From the IMG/VR virus record IMGVR_UViG_3300013110_000406: DNA of 64,000 nt; one strand, written 5' to 3'. The translations under genes and the position numbers were made by a program. Under the pieces are notes generated by a model. That model did not search any database. It saw only the letters and a list, made by a program, of their open reading frames with translations, and was not told the origin of the DNA. Below, piece after piece: positions 40,470-51,200 of the stretch. This DNA is from an uncultured virus (IMG/VR IMGVR_UViG_3300013110_000406) (taxonomy: Duplodnaviria; Heunggongvirae; Uroviricota; Caudoviricetes). The first letter of the stretch is position 1. Every line of letters starts with the position of its first letter.

Positions 40470-40790
40470 ATGGCAATCGATTATGGCAATTTGACAAAGC
40501 GTGTGGTCTTCACAGAAAACGATCATCGTCACGCAAAGTTATTGTTGCGGCTGCAGCAAGACGGATTAACTCAAGCTGCATTCTTTCGTCACCTTATCAC
40601 TGCCTATATCGAAGGCGACGAGCGCATCGTAGATTATATTGATAATGTAAAGAATCAATCTAAGGCGCGCAAGGTCAAAACTAAAAGGTTGCGAGAACAA
40701 GGAAAACAACTACTGACCGATGCCGGATTTTCCGACCAGCAATTGCACGACCTTTTCGACATCATTGCTGAAGAGCATCCAGACCTATAA
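40470..40790 (+). CDS. Hypothetical protein (possible DNA-binding)
   Basis: SD GGAGGA, 106 aa. Confidence 0.6.
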   Translation: MAIDYGNLTKRVVFTENDHRHAKLLLRLQQDGLTQAAFFRHLITAYIEGDERIVDYIDNVKNQSKARKVKTKRLREQGKQLLTDAGFSDQQLHDLFDIIAEEHPDL

Positions 40791-40871
40791 AAAGTCGTTT
40801 TTTTGGACTTTATCTCAACACACAACTATTTATTTTTGAGTTAGCATATATATGCTCAAGGAGAAAACTAA

Positions 40872-41777
40872 ATGGCTCGTAAAAAACTGTTAACAGAAGG
40901 CGAGGTTAGGCAATTTATGAAGCTTGCTAACCTTGGACCTTTAAGTGAGAATTATTTCTCAAATAACCCTCTCGAAGAAGAGGAACTGGAAGATGAGTTA
41001 GAAGCTACCGAAGATGAACTCGGTGCTGAAGATCATTTTGCCGACGAAGAAGCTGACGAATTGGATGCTCTTGGTGACGAAGGCGGTGACGCAGATAATG
41101 AAGCGTTACTGGCTCGCGTTGTTCAAGCTGTAGCAGCTGAATTAGGAGTGGAAGTAGATGTTGAAGGCGCCGACGCTGAAGGGGGTGAAGAACTCGAAGT
41201 CGACGCAGAATTAGAAGAGCCCCTCCCCGGTGGCGATGAACTTGAAATGGGCGCGGAAGAGGAACTAGAACTTCCCGGTGGCCGTGACATGTATCAAGAA
41301 ACGCAAGGCGCCGATGACCGCGAAGATGAGCACCTTGGAGCCGAAGACGGCGCCGAGAGCGGCAAGAAGCAAAGCGAGAAGGATCGCCGCAAGGAAATGC
41401 GTGGCGCCCGTCGAGCAGCCGGTGAGTCTGGAGACCCTGTAGCCACCCAAGAAGGCCAAGAAGTCGACGAGGCCATGGCTTCCGGAGGTTCCGGCGGTGC
41501 TTTCAAGAGCCAACGTGCGCAGAGTACACGACAACGCCATGGCGGCGGACTTGGTCGCGACAAATGCTATGACGCCGATGGAAATCGTGTTGAATGTGAC
41601 GGTTCTCAGGGTGAAGTTGCTAAGCGCCAAGCTGCAGAAGCGGTTGAAATCGACCAAGATGCCATCGTGGCAGAGGTCGCCCGTCGAGTGGCAGAGCGCT
41701 TAAGCGCAGCTAAGAAGAATGAAGAGATGGCCGATCAGTTAGCTGAGCGTATCTTTCAACGCTTGACCGCAAAATAG
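40872..41777 (+). CDS. Highly acidic protein, putative scaffold/internal head protein
   Basis: Glu/Asp-rich, many L-x-E sites, ACTATTTA motif upstream. Confidence 0.55.
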   Translation: MARKKLLTEGEVRQFMKLANLGPLSENYFSNNPLEEEELEDELEATEDELGAEDHFADEEADELDALGDEGGDADNEALLARVVQAVAAELGVEVDVEGADAEGGEELEVDAELEEPLPGGDELEMGAEEELELPGGRDMYQETQGADDREDEHLGAEDGAESGKKQSEKDRRKEMRGARRAAGESGDPVATQEGQEVDEAMASGGSGGAFKSQRAQSTRQRHGGGLGRDKCYDADGNRVECDGSQGEVAKRQAAEAVEIDQDAIVAEVARRVAERLSAAKKNEEMADQLAERIFQRLTAK

Positions 41778-41780
41778 TAC

Positions 41781-41809
41781 TTGACAAAAACCTTACGAGC
41801 AGTTATATT
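41781..41809 (+). promoter_or_regulatory. Sigma70-type promoter followed by a strong hairpin (41808-41843)
   Basis: TTGACA-N17-TATATT; TTAACCACTGAGACC/GGTTTTAGTGGTTAA inverted repeat. Confidence 0.65.
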
Positions 41810-41861
41810 AACCACTGAGACCACAAAAGGTTTTAGTGGTTAATTTACTTAGGAGCACTGT

Positions 41862-42269
41862 GTGGAATGGGCGCTGTTTACATTAATGTTTATCTTCGGG
41901 TATATTACTTGTAAGATATTCTATTTTATCAAAGCTACGCGCGCATCCGTGTTATTGTTGAAAGCGGCGCAGTTAGTATCGTTAGGTCTTCTTGCACGTG
42001 CAATGGAAGATTTTTATTACGCTAAAATCTATCGAATGGAAAAGATGATCGAGTCCCAAGAGTCTGATCACAATATTAGCGCCTTCTCTTATCGGATGGA
42101 AGAAGAGCTAGCTGCCTATAAAAAGAAATCGGTTCAAGGACTTGTTGAGCTTCATCCCTCTTTTTTTAAAGAAATTGTAGAGTTTGATGATTGGGCGTCT
42201 GGAATGGAGTATCTTAAAAAGAATGAAGAAGTAGTTCGCGCATTTTTTAGTAGGAGAGAAGATGATTAA
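41862..42269 (+). CDS. Hypothetical membrane-anchored protein
   Basis: N-terminal hydrophobic helix. Confidence 0.6.
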   Translation: MEWALFTLMFIFGYITCKIFYFIKATRASVLLLKAAQLVSLGLLARAMEDFYYAKIYRMEKMIESQESDHNISAFSYRMEEELAAYKKKSVQGLVELHPSFFKEIVEFDDWASGMEYLKKNEEVVRAFFSRREDD

Positions 42270-42918
42270 TCGTATTAAAGAAGCTATTGGAGCTTTTGTA
42301 ACCGAAGAAGAAAAACCGGAAGAAGACGCAGCACGCATCGTAATTGTAGATCCTGCCGCTTTGCAGGCTGCAGCCAAGGAAGATGAACCAGCGGCTCATT
42401 TGTTAGGGCTTTTCGCTGCCGTAGAAGAAGAAAAAATTGCAGAAGTAATCCATGCTCTCTTGGTAGTAGTGGAAAATGAACACAAGAAAGAAAAAGAAGC
42501 CCGCATCCCTGTAGATTTTTATCTTTCTACTTATGGCGGATCCGCTGACGATATGTTTGCCCTCTATGATATAATGCGGCTTGTACGTGATGACATCACT
42601 ATTCGGACGGTAGGAGTAGGGAAGGTTATGTCCGCGGGAGTACTCCTTCTGGCGGCCGGCACAAAAGGACAACGAAGTATCGCTAAGAACTGTCGTATTA
42701 TGATTCATTCCGTAATCGGAGGCAACCAAGGCGACCTTCATAATATGTTGAATGAGATGGAGGCTATTGAACAACTACAACAAATGTTCATAGATTGTTT
42801 AGTAACGGAAACAAAAATGACAAAAACTAGGTTGAAAAAAATGCTAGATCGTAAAGTTAATGTCTATTTATCAGCAGAAGAAGCAGTCGAATTGGGTATT
42901 GCTGACGTCATTATTTAA
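42262..42918 (+). CDS. clpP: ClpP-like protease (copy 2)
   Basis: YLSTYGGS, GKVMSAG, RIMIHS, YLSAEEAVELGIADVI. Confidence 0.88.
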   Translation: MINRIKEAIGAFVTEEEKPEEDAARIVIVDPAALQAAAKEDEPAAHLLGLFAAVEEEKIAEVIHALLVVVENEHKKEKEARIPVDFYLSTYGGSADDMFALYDIMRLVRDDITIRTVGVGKVMSAGVLLLAAGTKGQRSIAKNCRIMIHSVIGGNQGDLHNMLNEMEAIEQLQQMFIDCLVTETKMTKTRLKKMLDRKVNVYLSAEEAVELGIADVII

Positions 42919-42931
42919 GGAAACATACATT

Positions 42932-44593
42932 ATGGATTTGCGCGAGATCTTAAGAGAAGAATACGAAAAGAATATAAAAGAGCTTATGGATCCCAGTGCA
43001 CTTTTGAAATTAATTGAAGAAGCAATGGAAACGTCGTTTCAACTGGATGAAAAAGCCGAAGCTGCAGCCGGCGTTTCCTTTGACCCCCAACAGATGTTGC
43101 TTCGAATGATTCCAGATATCGCAGTATCCGAAATTGGGTGGTCGGACGTGCGCTCTGTAGAGGATGAAGCAGGACACGCCGAAGTAGTATCAGGACCACA
43201 GCGTAAGCTGCTGGAAGATTATCTTGCGAATATCGCCGGCGGCAGCTTTGAAGAGCGGATCGCCTCTATCTCTAGCTTTTATGAGAGAGGATCGGCAGAG
43301 TTGCAGGAAGGAACTAATGACCGTATTCAACTTATTACTAATGCAATCTCTTATTTGGTATTCTACAAAACTCTAACGAAGATTGTTACCAACTTTAATG
43401 CCTCCTCTGCTGGCTTCAGCTTCGAATCCTTTTTAGCAACGTTGGTAAGCGGTGAGCAAGTGCCGGCCAATACCGGCACAATTGCCGATTACATTGACCG
43501 GTCAACAGGTAAAGATATTCCCGTGAGCTTAAAGCTCTACAAAGAAGGACAATTGGAAGTGGGAGGAAGCTATACCGATCTTGTCAATGACCTTGTTGAT
43601 CCCACTAAGTGGCCGGGATTCCCAAGCAAGATGCGCTATGTTGTATGCACCAAAAACCTTCAAGGCGAAGGTCTAGAGCAACAGGGACAGATTAACGTTT
43701 ATCAATGGGATTTTACACTCGACAACGTAATGGATATTCTTGCTATCACTAAAGACTCATCCAGCAAGAACATTATGCTTCCCCGCCAAGTGGTGTCGGC
43801 CCTCTTAGCGGGGCAACAGAGTGGCACAGATGTGGAACTCCCCGAGCGTTCTCCTGCACCTACCGCTGACGATCTTGGAAGGCTCTTCGTCGATTACCTT
43901 ATAACTAATTTAGAGGAGATTGAGTATATTGAAAATGCTGCCGAGGTAGGGAAGGAAATAGGTGATGCTCTCAACTGGGCCCAAGACGATGAACTTTTTA
44001 ATAAGAATAAAACACGAGGAGTGGGTGGTCTTAATGCAGCTTACGTAAAAAATTGGGTGACGAAGAATATTACTAATGAAAAAGCCATTCGAGACCAGAT
44101 CAAAAACGCCATTGTTAATGCGAACGTAGCTGTGGTAGCTTCTCAAAAAGCTAGTGCTCGGAAAGACGCGCGTAATATGGAAATCCAACGAATGCGAGAA
44201 GCAGGTGAGTTTTTAAATCCCGAAGAATCAGCGATTGAATATAAAAAGCTGGGCCCACGCCAAAAAGCCATGGCGCTCAAGAATTCATATGGAGTATTGC
44301 AGACCGGACACTTTGCGCTTAACAACACCCAGTCTTTGATGTCCGAGCAGCCGGTCAATGCAGAAGCCCTAGGCTCTATTAAGGTGGGTACCAAATATGT
44401 AGCCGAAGCGCTCAACCAAGTGCGAGACATTCTTAATGAAGAAGTATACGAAATCTTTGAATCATTAAAGATCTTGTCTGACAGCTTAAACTCGTTCTTT
44501 GCAAATGGGCTGAAAGATGACACCCTGGCCAAGACCTCCATTGATAATGCCGAGAACATTCAAACAAAAGAAATCTTACAGCCCGATGAATAA
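42932..44593 (+). CDS. Hypothetical protein with possible PD-(D/E)xK nuclease-like core
   Basis: AGFSFESFLATL...TIADY...PVSLKLY. Confidence 0.5.
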   Translation: MDLREILREEYEKNIKELMDPSALLKLIEEAMETSFQLDEKAEAAAGVSFDPQQMLLRMIPDIAVSEIGWSDVRSVEDEAGHAEVVSGPQRKLLEDYLANIAGGSFEERIASISSFYERGSAELQEGTNDRIQLITNAISYLVFYKTLTKIVTNFNASSAGFSFESFLATLVSGEQVPANTGTIADYIDRSTGKDIPVSLKLYKEGQLEVGGSYTDLVNDLVDPTKWPGFPSKMRYVVCTKNLQGEGLEQQGQINVYQWDFTLDNVMDILAITKDSSSKNIMLPRQVVSALLAGQQSGTDVELPERSPAPTADDLGRLFVDYLITNLEEIEYIENAAEVGKEIGDALNWAQDDELFNKNKTRGVGGLNAAYVKNWVTKNITNEKAIRDQIKNAIVNANVAVVASQKASARKDARNMEIQRMREAGEFLNPEESAIEYKKLGPRQKAMALKNSYGVLQTGHFALNNTQSLMSEQPVNAEALGSIKVGTKYVAEALNQVRDILNEEVYEIFESLKILSDSLNSFFANGLKDDTLAKTSIDNAENIQTKEILQPDE

Positions 44594-44598
44594 AAAGC

Positions 44599-44627
44599 TT
44601 GACATCGCATACGTAGGCGGTTATAAT
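44599..44627 (+). promoter_or_regulatory. Consensus sigma70 promoter
   Basis: TTGACA-N17-TATAAT upstream of groEL. Confidence 0.85.
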
Positions 44628-44649
44628 ATAAATAAAGCAGAGGTGCACA

Positions 44650-46224
44650 TTGAGCAGAGCTTATGATAGCCAGCGAGAATTACAACAGAAGATTATGAAT
44701 GGCGTTAATACGCTAGCAGATAACGTGGCGTCGACGCTGGGGCCGCGCGGAAGAAATGTCCTTTTACAAGAAAAAGGTCAGATGCCTTTTATTACGAAAG
44801 ACGGAGTAACAGTGGCTCATTTTGTAGCACTGGACGATCCATTCGAAAATGCCGCAGCCCAAGTTATCAAACAGGCTGCAATTCAAACTAACACAGATGC
44901 GGGGGATGGTACCACCACAGCTACCGTTCTGGCTCGCGCAATTTTACGAGAAGCCCAGCGCTATATTGCTACCGGCGTTTCTCCTATCGAACTACAAAGG
45001 GGGATTGAAATTGGTGTACGAGAAATTACAGAAAATCTTAGAGAGATGTCACGGCCAGTGGCCAGCACAGAAGATATTGCACACATTGCTACGATATCAG
45101 CCAACAATGATACTACAATTGGAGAGCTTATTGCTCTTGCTGTGGATCGGGTGGGGCAAGATGGGTCTATTACGATAGAAGAATCTCGCTCTTTGGAAAC
45201 GTCACTAGATATCACCGAGGGGTTTCGCTTCACGTCGGGTTATTGTGCTAGCGCATTTGTGACCGACGAACGGCGCGCGATGCTGCAATATGAAGAGCCC
45301 TTGATCTTAGTGACTGATCATAAAATATCAGCAGTTGAATCAGTCCTTCCGTTGCTGGAACTAGTGGCACGGGAGGGTCGACCCCTCGTTATTATAGCTG
45401 AAGAAATAGAAGGACAGGCTCTCGCCGCGATGATTATGAACGCCATGCGCGGCACGCTTAAAATTGCTGCCGTCAAGGCGCCTGATTATGGGGAACAACG
45501 ACGCAACACTTTGAGCGACTTGGCTCTTTCCATAGGAGCTACCTTTATCACCCGAGAAAGCGGCGTAAAACTTCCTGATGTTAAACTCCAACATTTAGGA
45601 TCGGCTAGTTCCATTGAATGTACTAAATACAATACAACGGTTATTGGAGGGAATGCTAATTTTGAAGAGGTGGAGGCTCGAATCGAAAGCCTTAAAGAAC
45701 TAGTTAAGACGACCGAATCACTACAAGAAGCTGAAAGTATTCAGAGTAGAATAGTAAGACTAGCTTCAGGGGTAGGGGTTATTCGTGTCGGAGGAGCCAC
45801 AGAGGTTGATATGACTGAAAAGAAACATCGCATTGAAGATGCCTTAGAGGCGGTGAGATCTGCACAAGAGGAAGGGATTGTGACAGGCGGGGGTACCGCG
45901 CTCCTCCGAGCTACCAAAACATTAAACTTTTCAGAACTGGACAATAGCGATCAAGCACTTGGCATCGCCATTGTCAAGGAGGCATGCAAAGAGCCGATTC
46001 GACAAATGGCTTTAAATGCCGGCGCCTCTGCCGATCTAGTATTAGAACAGGTAAGCGCCACGGAAGGGAATCAAGGATGGGACTTTCGCCGCGGCGAATT
46101 AATAGACTTATATGAAAATGGAGTAATCGATCCCGTGAAGGTCACGCGCACTGCGTTGCAAAACGCCGCTAGCTGCGCGGGCACCTTAATCACTACTAAT
46201 TTCGGGATCATACAAACGGAGTAA
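44650..46224 (+). CDS. groEL: Chaperonin GroEL
   Basis: TLGPRGRNV, ITKDGVTVA, AGDGTTTATVLA, GGGTALL, IDPVKVTR.AL.NA.S. Confidence 0.97.
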   Translation: MSRAYDSQRELQQKIMNGVNTLADNVASTLGPRGRNVLLQEKGQMPFITKDGVTVAHFVALDDPFENAAAQVIKQAAIQTNTDAGDGTTTATVLARAILREAQRYIATGVSPIELQRGIEIGVREITENLREMSRPVASTEDIAHIATISANNDTTIGELIALAVDRVGQDGSITIEESRSLETSLDITEGFRFTSGYCASAFVTDERRAMLQYEEPLILVTDHKISAVESVLPLLELVAREGRPLVIIAEEIEGQALAAMIMNAMRGTLKIAAVKAPDYGEQRRNTLSDLALSIGATFITRESGVKLPDVKLQHLGSASSIECTKYNTTVIGGNANFEEVEARIESLKELVKTTESLQEAESIQSRIVRLASGVGVIRVGGATEVDMTEKKHRIEDALEAVRSAQEEGIVTGGGTALLRATKTLNFSELDNSDQALGIAIVKEACKEPIRQMALNAGASADLVLEQVSATEGNQGWDFRRGELIDLYENGVIDPVKVTRTALQNAASCAGTLITTNFGIIQTE

Positions 46225-46228
46225 AAAA

Positions 46229-46429
46229 ATGAAAGAAGGCGATTTATGTTACATACCACAGGCGGTTCAGTTATTTGATCAACAAGACCCGTATGTTATA
46301 ACAACACAAAAACCAATAGCAGCTATCTACCTGGGGGATAAGCATCCCCGCCATGCTTTGCTGTGGGTAAAGGGTCGAGAAATGTTAGCGCAGAGTCGAC
46401 ATGTTTATCCCATGGAGGAACGATGTTAA
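46229..46429 (+). CDS. Small hypothetical protein (GDL-type N-terminus)
   Basis: MKEGDLCYI; 66 aa. Confidence 0.55.
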   Translation: MKEGDLCYIPQAVQLFDQQDPYVITTQKPIAAIYLGDKHPRHALLWVKGREMLAQSRHVYPMEERC

Positions 46430-46713
46430 TTAAACTCACGGAAGTGTGCGCCAATGGGGCCGTTACTACGAGCCAGCGTTATACATTGCGAGAAGTATTG
46501 GTGAACCCTGAACACGTTATTATGATTCGAGAAGAATCTTCTATGCGTCAACTGCACGAAGAGGGCTTGGTGCATGCTGGCTTGGACCGTAACCATAGAT
46601 TTTCTAAACTTACAATTAATCGAGGTCATAACGGGACTGACATCGTAGTAATTGGAGCCCCAGAGTTTGTAGAAGAACAATTAAAATCTACCAAGCAATT
46701 ATTAAGAGGATAA
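46423..46713 (+). CDS. Hypothetical protein (FlbD-like pattern)
   Basis: MLIKLT...VLVNPEHVIMIRE...IVVIG.PE.V; SD GGAGGA. Confidence 0.5.
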   Translation: MLIKLTEVCANGAVTTSQRYTLREVLVNPEHVIMIREESSMRQLHEEGLVHAGLDRNHRFSKLTINRGHNGTDIVVIGAPEFVEEQLKSTKQLLRG

Positions 46714-46714
46714 C

Positions 46715-47077
46715 ATGAGAGTTAATATACAATATTCGATTGACACGGAAGAACTGCCGGAAATAACTGGGACACTGATTAAAAAGGCAATTGAGTCTAT
46801 AGATATGGACTCTCTAGAGAAATTAAGCCAGCCCTATGAATTGTTAAGTTTAGAAACTGCCGAAACTATTGATGCTTTGCGTCAAGCGTTGGCCACTACT
46901 GATGCTTTATTACAGGATGCTCACAATATTATTATGGGATGGGTAAGATATAAGAGTACCCCTCCCGTTGCCGAGAATGACGCCCCTTCGGTCATCGCAC
47001 CAGAAGAACTACAGGCCAAATTAGCCGCTTTTAAAACATCTTTAGATGCACAGCAGGCCAATGAAGCCGCTGATTAG
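46715..47077 (+). CDS. Hypothetical protein
   Basis: 120-aa ORF with SD. Confidence 0.6.
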   Translation: MRVNIQYSIDTEELPEITGTLIKKAIESIDMDSLEKLSQPYELLSLETAETIDALRQALATTDALLQDAHNIIMGWVRYKSTPPVAENDAPSVIAPEELQAKLAAFKTSLDAQQANEAAD

Positions 47078-47825
47078 ATATAAAAATGGCAATTTTAAGT
47101 GCATCTCAGTAATTAAGGATTTAATCCCGCCGGGGAGCATTGTTCACTCCCATTTGTTATACAATGGGCAGATTGAGCTAGCGCTAGCCAGCGAGATGCG
47201 TTTTGTATGCGCACATACTACCCAATACGTTGTATATGAATTTTGGAAATGCGCGATGGACAACCCACAGCGTATGCACGACATTATTACCGCCGGCACA
47301 CTTAAATTTGATAATGAAAATATGCTGGCGCTGCTTCAGGAGTCGTGGACTTCTTTTGCCGATCCTTATGTGCGCGCCAGCTTATTTTTTATACTAAGTA
47401 AATGCACTGATGAAGGATTGATCTCTTCGGGGAAACTAACAAACCGGCGACTTAGCCCGCTGAGTCTTGCACATTTAAAAAAATTTCGTCCTACTAATTT
47501 TCACGTCTCTTTGGATTCTTCTTCCGGGCCTTTCGACAAGATACCGCCTGTTGAGGATACAGATTATCTCTTATGTCCGGTGGGACAATTTAATTATAAT
47601 ATGCTCGACGAGGCAAAAAGCTTGGGCCCCGAGACCACGTTAGTCAAGCATGTACAATTGGCAGAATACTTACAAACTTTAGACCAGCGCTGGGTTGTGG
47701 TCTATAAATATCACCCTAGCCTTCTTGAGTTATACAAAGGCTCTCACATTATTCAGTGTGATCATTATGGAGAAAAAACAATGAGGCAAAAGAAGACAGC
47801 AGAGGTGATCTTTGCCAACTTTTAA
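47061..47825 (+). CDS. Degenerate Dam-like protein lacking catalytic motifs
   Basis: KPLIRYKNG, IKDLIP, RASLFFILSK, terminal EVIFANF echo D12 methylases; no FxGGG or DPPY. Confidence 0.55.
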   Translation: MKPLIRYKNGNFKCISVIKDLIPPGSIVHSHLLYNGQIELALASEMRFVCAHTTQYVVYEFWKCAMDNPQRMHDIITAGTLKFDNENMLALLQESWTSFADPYVRASLFFILSKCTDEGLISSGKLTNRRLSPLSLAHLKKFRPTNFHVSLDSSSGPFDKIPPVEDTDYLLCPVGQFNYNMLDEAKSLGPETTLVKHVQLAEYLQTLDQRWVVVYKYHPSLLELYKGSHIIQCDHYGEKTMRQKKTAEVIFANF

Positions 47826-48162
47826 TATAATGGCAGGCATAGGACTCTTCATCCTGGGACATATTTTTGCGTGGTTTCAGCTTAACTCTCAATTTGTGTG
47901 GGAGTGGTGGCGCGACAAGCCCTTAGTAGCTGTAGGGATTTATTCAATGCCCGTGGGAACGTGCTTTTGGTATGCAACCAAATTAATTGTGGACGAAACA
48001 GGGGCCGCATGGTCGTCGCGATTTCTGGGCTTTGCTGCATCTTACTTTGTGTTTCCATTATTAACCTATGCGCTCTTAAACGAAAGCATGTTCACACCGA
48101 AGACATTAACGTGTATCTTCTTGTCATGCCTAATTATAGCAGTCCAACTCTTTTGGAAGTAA
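47812..48162 (+). CDS. Small four-helix membrane protein (SMR/DMT-like)
   Basis: Four hydrophobic segments, LLNE...KTL..I.L ending. Confidence 0.6.
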   Translation: MPTFNIMAGIGLFILGHIFAWFQLNSQFVWEWWRDKPLVAVGIYSMPVGTCFWYATKLIVDETGAAWSSRFLGFAASYFVFPLLTYALLNESMFTPKTLTCIFLSCLIIAVQLFWK

Positions 48163-48204
48163 TGTAAAATAACCAACTATTTATAATGTTGAGGTAAAAA
48201 TTAT

Positions 48205-51200
48205 ATGAGTTACGCAACCGATAAATGGTTCAACTATCTACGCAACGACGTATTAACAGAGGGCGTGCGGGACATCGGACTTCCCGAAGTGGTCATCGAC
48301 CGCATCGAAAGCACCCTCCCAGACGTATCCGAGAAAACTAAAACTTGGATGGGACACCAGTGGAAGGACACGTCCGCCAACAACTTAAATCACTTCACAG
48401 GAATGGTACGCTTAACAAATCGAGAAGGCGTTGACCCCGAGGGGCGCGCCGTATCGGACTTCATGGTTCGTCTCCTTAACATCCTTACGGACTATTCTAG
48501 TAAGGGTGAACCAGGGTGGAAAGAACTTTCCCCTGAAGAGGCCGAGGAGAACGCCAAGAAGGTACGTTATGTGCTGACCAACCTAGCAGGGCCCGAAGGG
48601 ATCGTTGCTAAAAAGCCTTTCGGCGCATGGAAGCGAGGCTTTGATAAAGCACTTAAAAATCTCAGCAAGTTAGGGGTTCATAGCGAAATAGTAGGAAAGG
48701 TTAAAACGCAATTGTATGCGCTCTTTACTCAAACCTTTGAGATGTTCTATCGTCAATATAGCGACGTGTTCCAACTGCTTAATCTGGATCCCACCAACTT
48801 TGAATACATCAAGAGTGATACTATAGACGAAGCCGGCCGTACTGCTGTAGAATACCTTGAACAGCGCGAAGATCCCGACCAAATCCTTCACACGTTTGAC
48901 GACGGCTCTTATTGGTATGATCTTCAAACCTCTAACTGCTCTATAGAAGCGGAGCGCATGGCTCACTGTGGAGACGCAGACTATAATAATACGATGATTT
49001 CTCTTCGTAAGAAAGGGAAAAGACAAAAGCATTCTAAGTCTTATGTGACCGTAGAATACGGAAACCATAGCGACACTATCTATCAGATTAAAGGACGTGC
49101 GAACTCTGTGCCCCCTGAAGAAACATGGCCCCACATCGCATGGCTGGTGGACAATCTCGGCGTGGACAGCATCGCAGAAAGCGGCGAGCATTCCAGCGAA
49201 TACTTTGACGAATTGCTGGATTATCTGCGCAGCCACACTAATGCCACAATCGACGGCGGCTTTGAAGCCCGTCAGGAAGCAATGCAAGAAGAATTAGATG
49301 AGATTCTCCGCGCTCATGACGGCAATGAAGGTTATGACGTCTGGGCCGAGGTCTACGATGAAGACATCGGAGAGGGCCAAGTTTATTATTCGGGCGGCGG
49401 TAGCATGTCCCTCCAGATTAATCTCGGTTGGCCCGCGATGAAAAGCGTCGAGGGCGAATACGTGCCGATGGATCTGGAAGGAAACGAACTTTCAGATATT
49501 GAGCGCATCCCCACCGATAATAATTGGACCGCCGCCAATGACTTTCTTGCTGAAGCCGGCATTAAAGACTGGGGCTATGAATTGCCCGGAGAAGAAGAAG
49601 AATTTGAATACCGGGTAGAAATGTTAGAGGGGCACGATCCTGCTTGGGAGATGGGTGATGATGACCCCCCGCGCACCGCACACATCACCATTGAAGTGCA
49701 GACGCGCCAGGAAACTTCTGACGACGCTAGCGCTTTCGATTACTTTGCTAGCGAAATGGAAGGCCATGCTGAAGAGATTAGCGCGACCCAACAGAAGCTA
49801 CGCACTAAAATGGTGGAAGAAGGTTTCGCCGTCAAGAATGCTTTTGATGCAGGACGCACCGAGATCGGAGAGCTTGAAGGAGAGCTACAGAACTGGCAGG
49901 TTTATAATGAAGGCGGGGAAATTGAATTCTGGTTTAACCCAGAGGTTAATGATGAGGGTGGGCGCTATACAATTATCCCCTCCGGTGTCGAGTTTCCCGT
50001 TGAGGTATTCTACTACACCGACCCGAGCTTCCGCGACGTGCGAAAGCAATTTCAATATGTATGGCCGCATGCCCGAGGATCGCACGCAGGAATGGGGAAA
50101 GTAAACTTTAGCGGCGATAAGCTCAACCAAATGATGGCGCAACAGCTTGGTGCCCAAGATGCTATGGGACAACGTGCGCAACAAAAAGGACAAACTCAAT
50201 TAGATTTTGGCCCTGAATACGCATGGCAACCGACACCGTTAGAACTTGCTCGCGACATGGAGTTTATAGTTATTCCGCAGGTTAATTATTTCAGCGACAG
50301 CCAGGGCATTAGCGACGTTACCATTTCCTATCGCCTCACCCTTCGCGTCGATCCTAACGACAACGCAGAAGAGATCGGCAAAACAATAAACATGGTCAAG
50401 TATCTGAACAAAAACCCCGAGCAGGTTCAAGAGGCAGCCCACGAAATTATCCAGTTTTCGGTTGAGCCTACCCTTGAAAAGGCCGAGACGATGAAGAAAG
50501 ATATGTTGGATGGCTCGCTAGCCACGACTCTGATAAGAGCCATTAATAGGCGATATGGGCAACAGGCCCACGATGGCAACAACGAAGCAGAGAAGGTGAC
50601 ACTGCTGGCAAGCTGGGCCCAGAAAAACTGGGGCGACATGACCGCCGTCGAGAGAACCGCTGTCATTAATACCTATCTTTATCCTGCTAGCCAAGGAGCT
50701 TTGAACCTTCACATTCTGGACCTTACAGATATGGACAATCTTTCTCATATCGATCAGCTTGGCATGCCTGCCGGTTGGGAAAGCGACGTAAGGGAAGAGT
50801 TGCGATATCGCGGCGCGGGCCAAATGGTGCGCAACAACTATAAGTGGGCCGGAGGCGCCATGGCACAAGATGTGGAAATCAACGAGCCCGAAGATCTGTC
50901 GGAAGAGTTGGCCCCTTGGATTGAAACCCCGGAGAGGTATGAAGAGAATCAACTTGGTCGAGTAGAAAAGTTACTAGAGAAATTGCGAGATCCTACCCAC
51001 GATTTGCGCATCTATAATGTACGCGTCGGTTGCAACTTGATTGACCGCGTTGGTGGAACAGATGCCGAAATTGCCGCTGAAATCCGGGGGATTGATGGGG
51101 TCACGACAGTGCGACCTATTGCCGACAGCAAGCGTGAGATCACACCAACAGAAACGTATGTGTTGTTCGACATTAAGTTTGAACTGGTGGGAAGCCAGAG

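Noticed and set aside
32695..46224. Bacterial chromosome origin suggested by dnaE, clpP, groEL and guaB-like genes
   Set aside because: They are interleaved with phage genes, share phage promoter motifs and lack bacterial operon context
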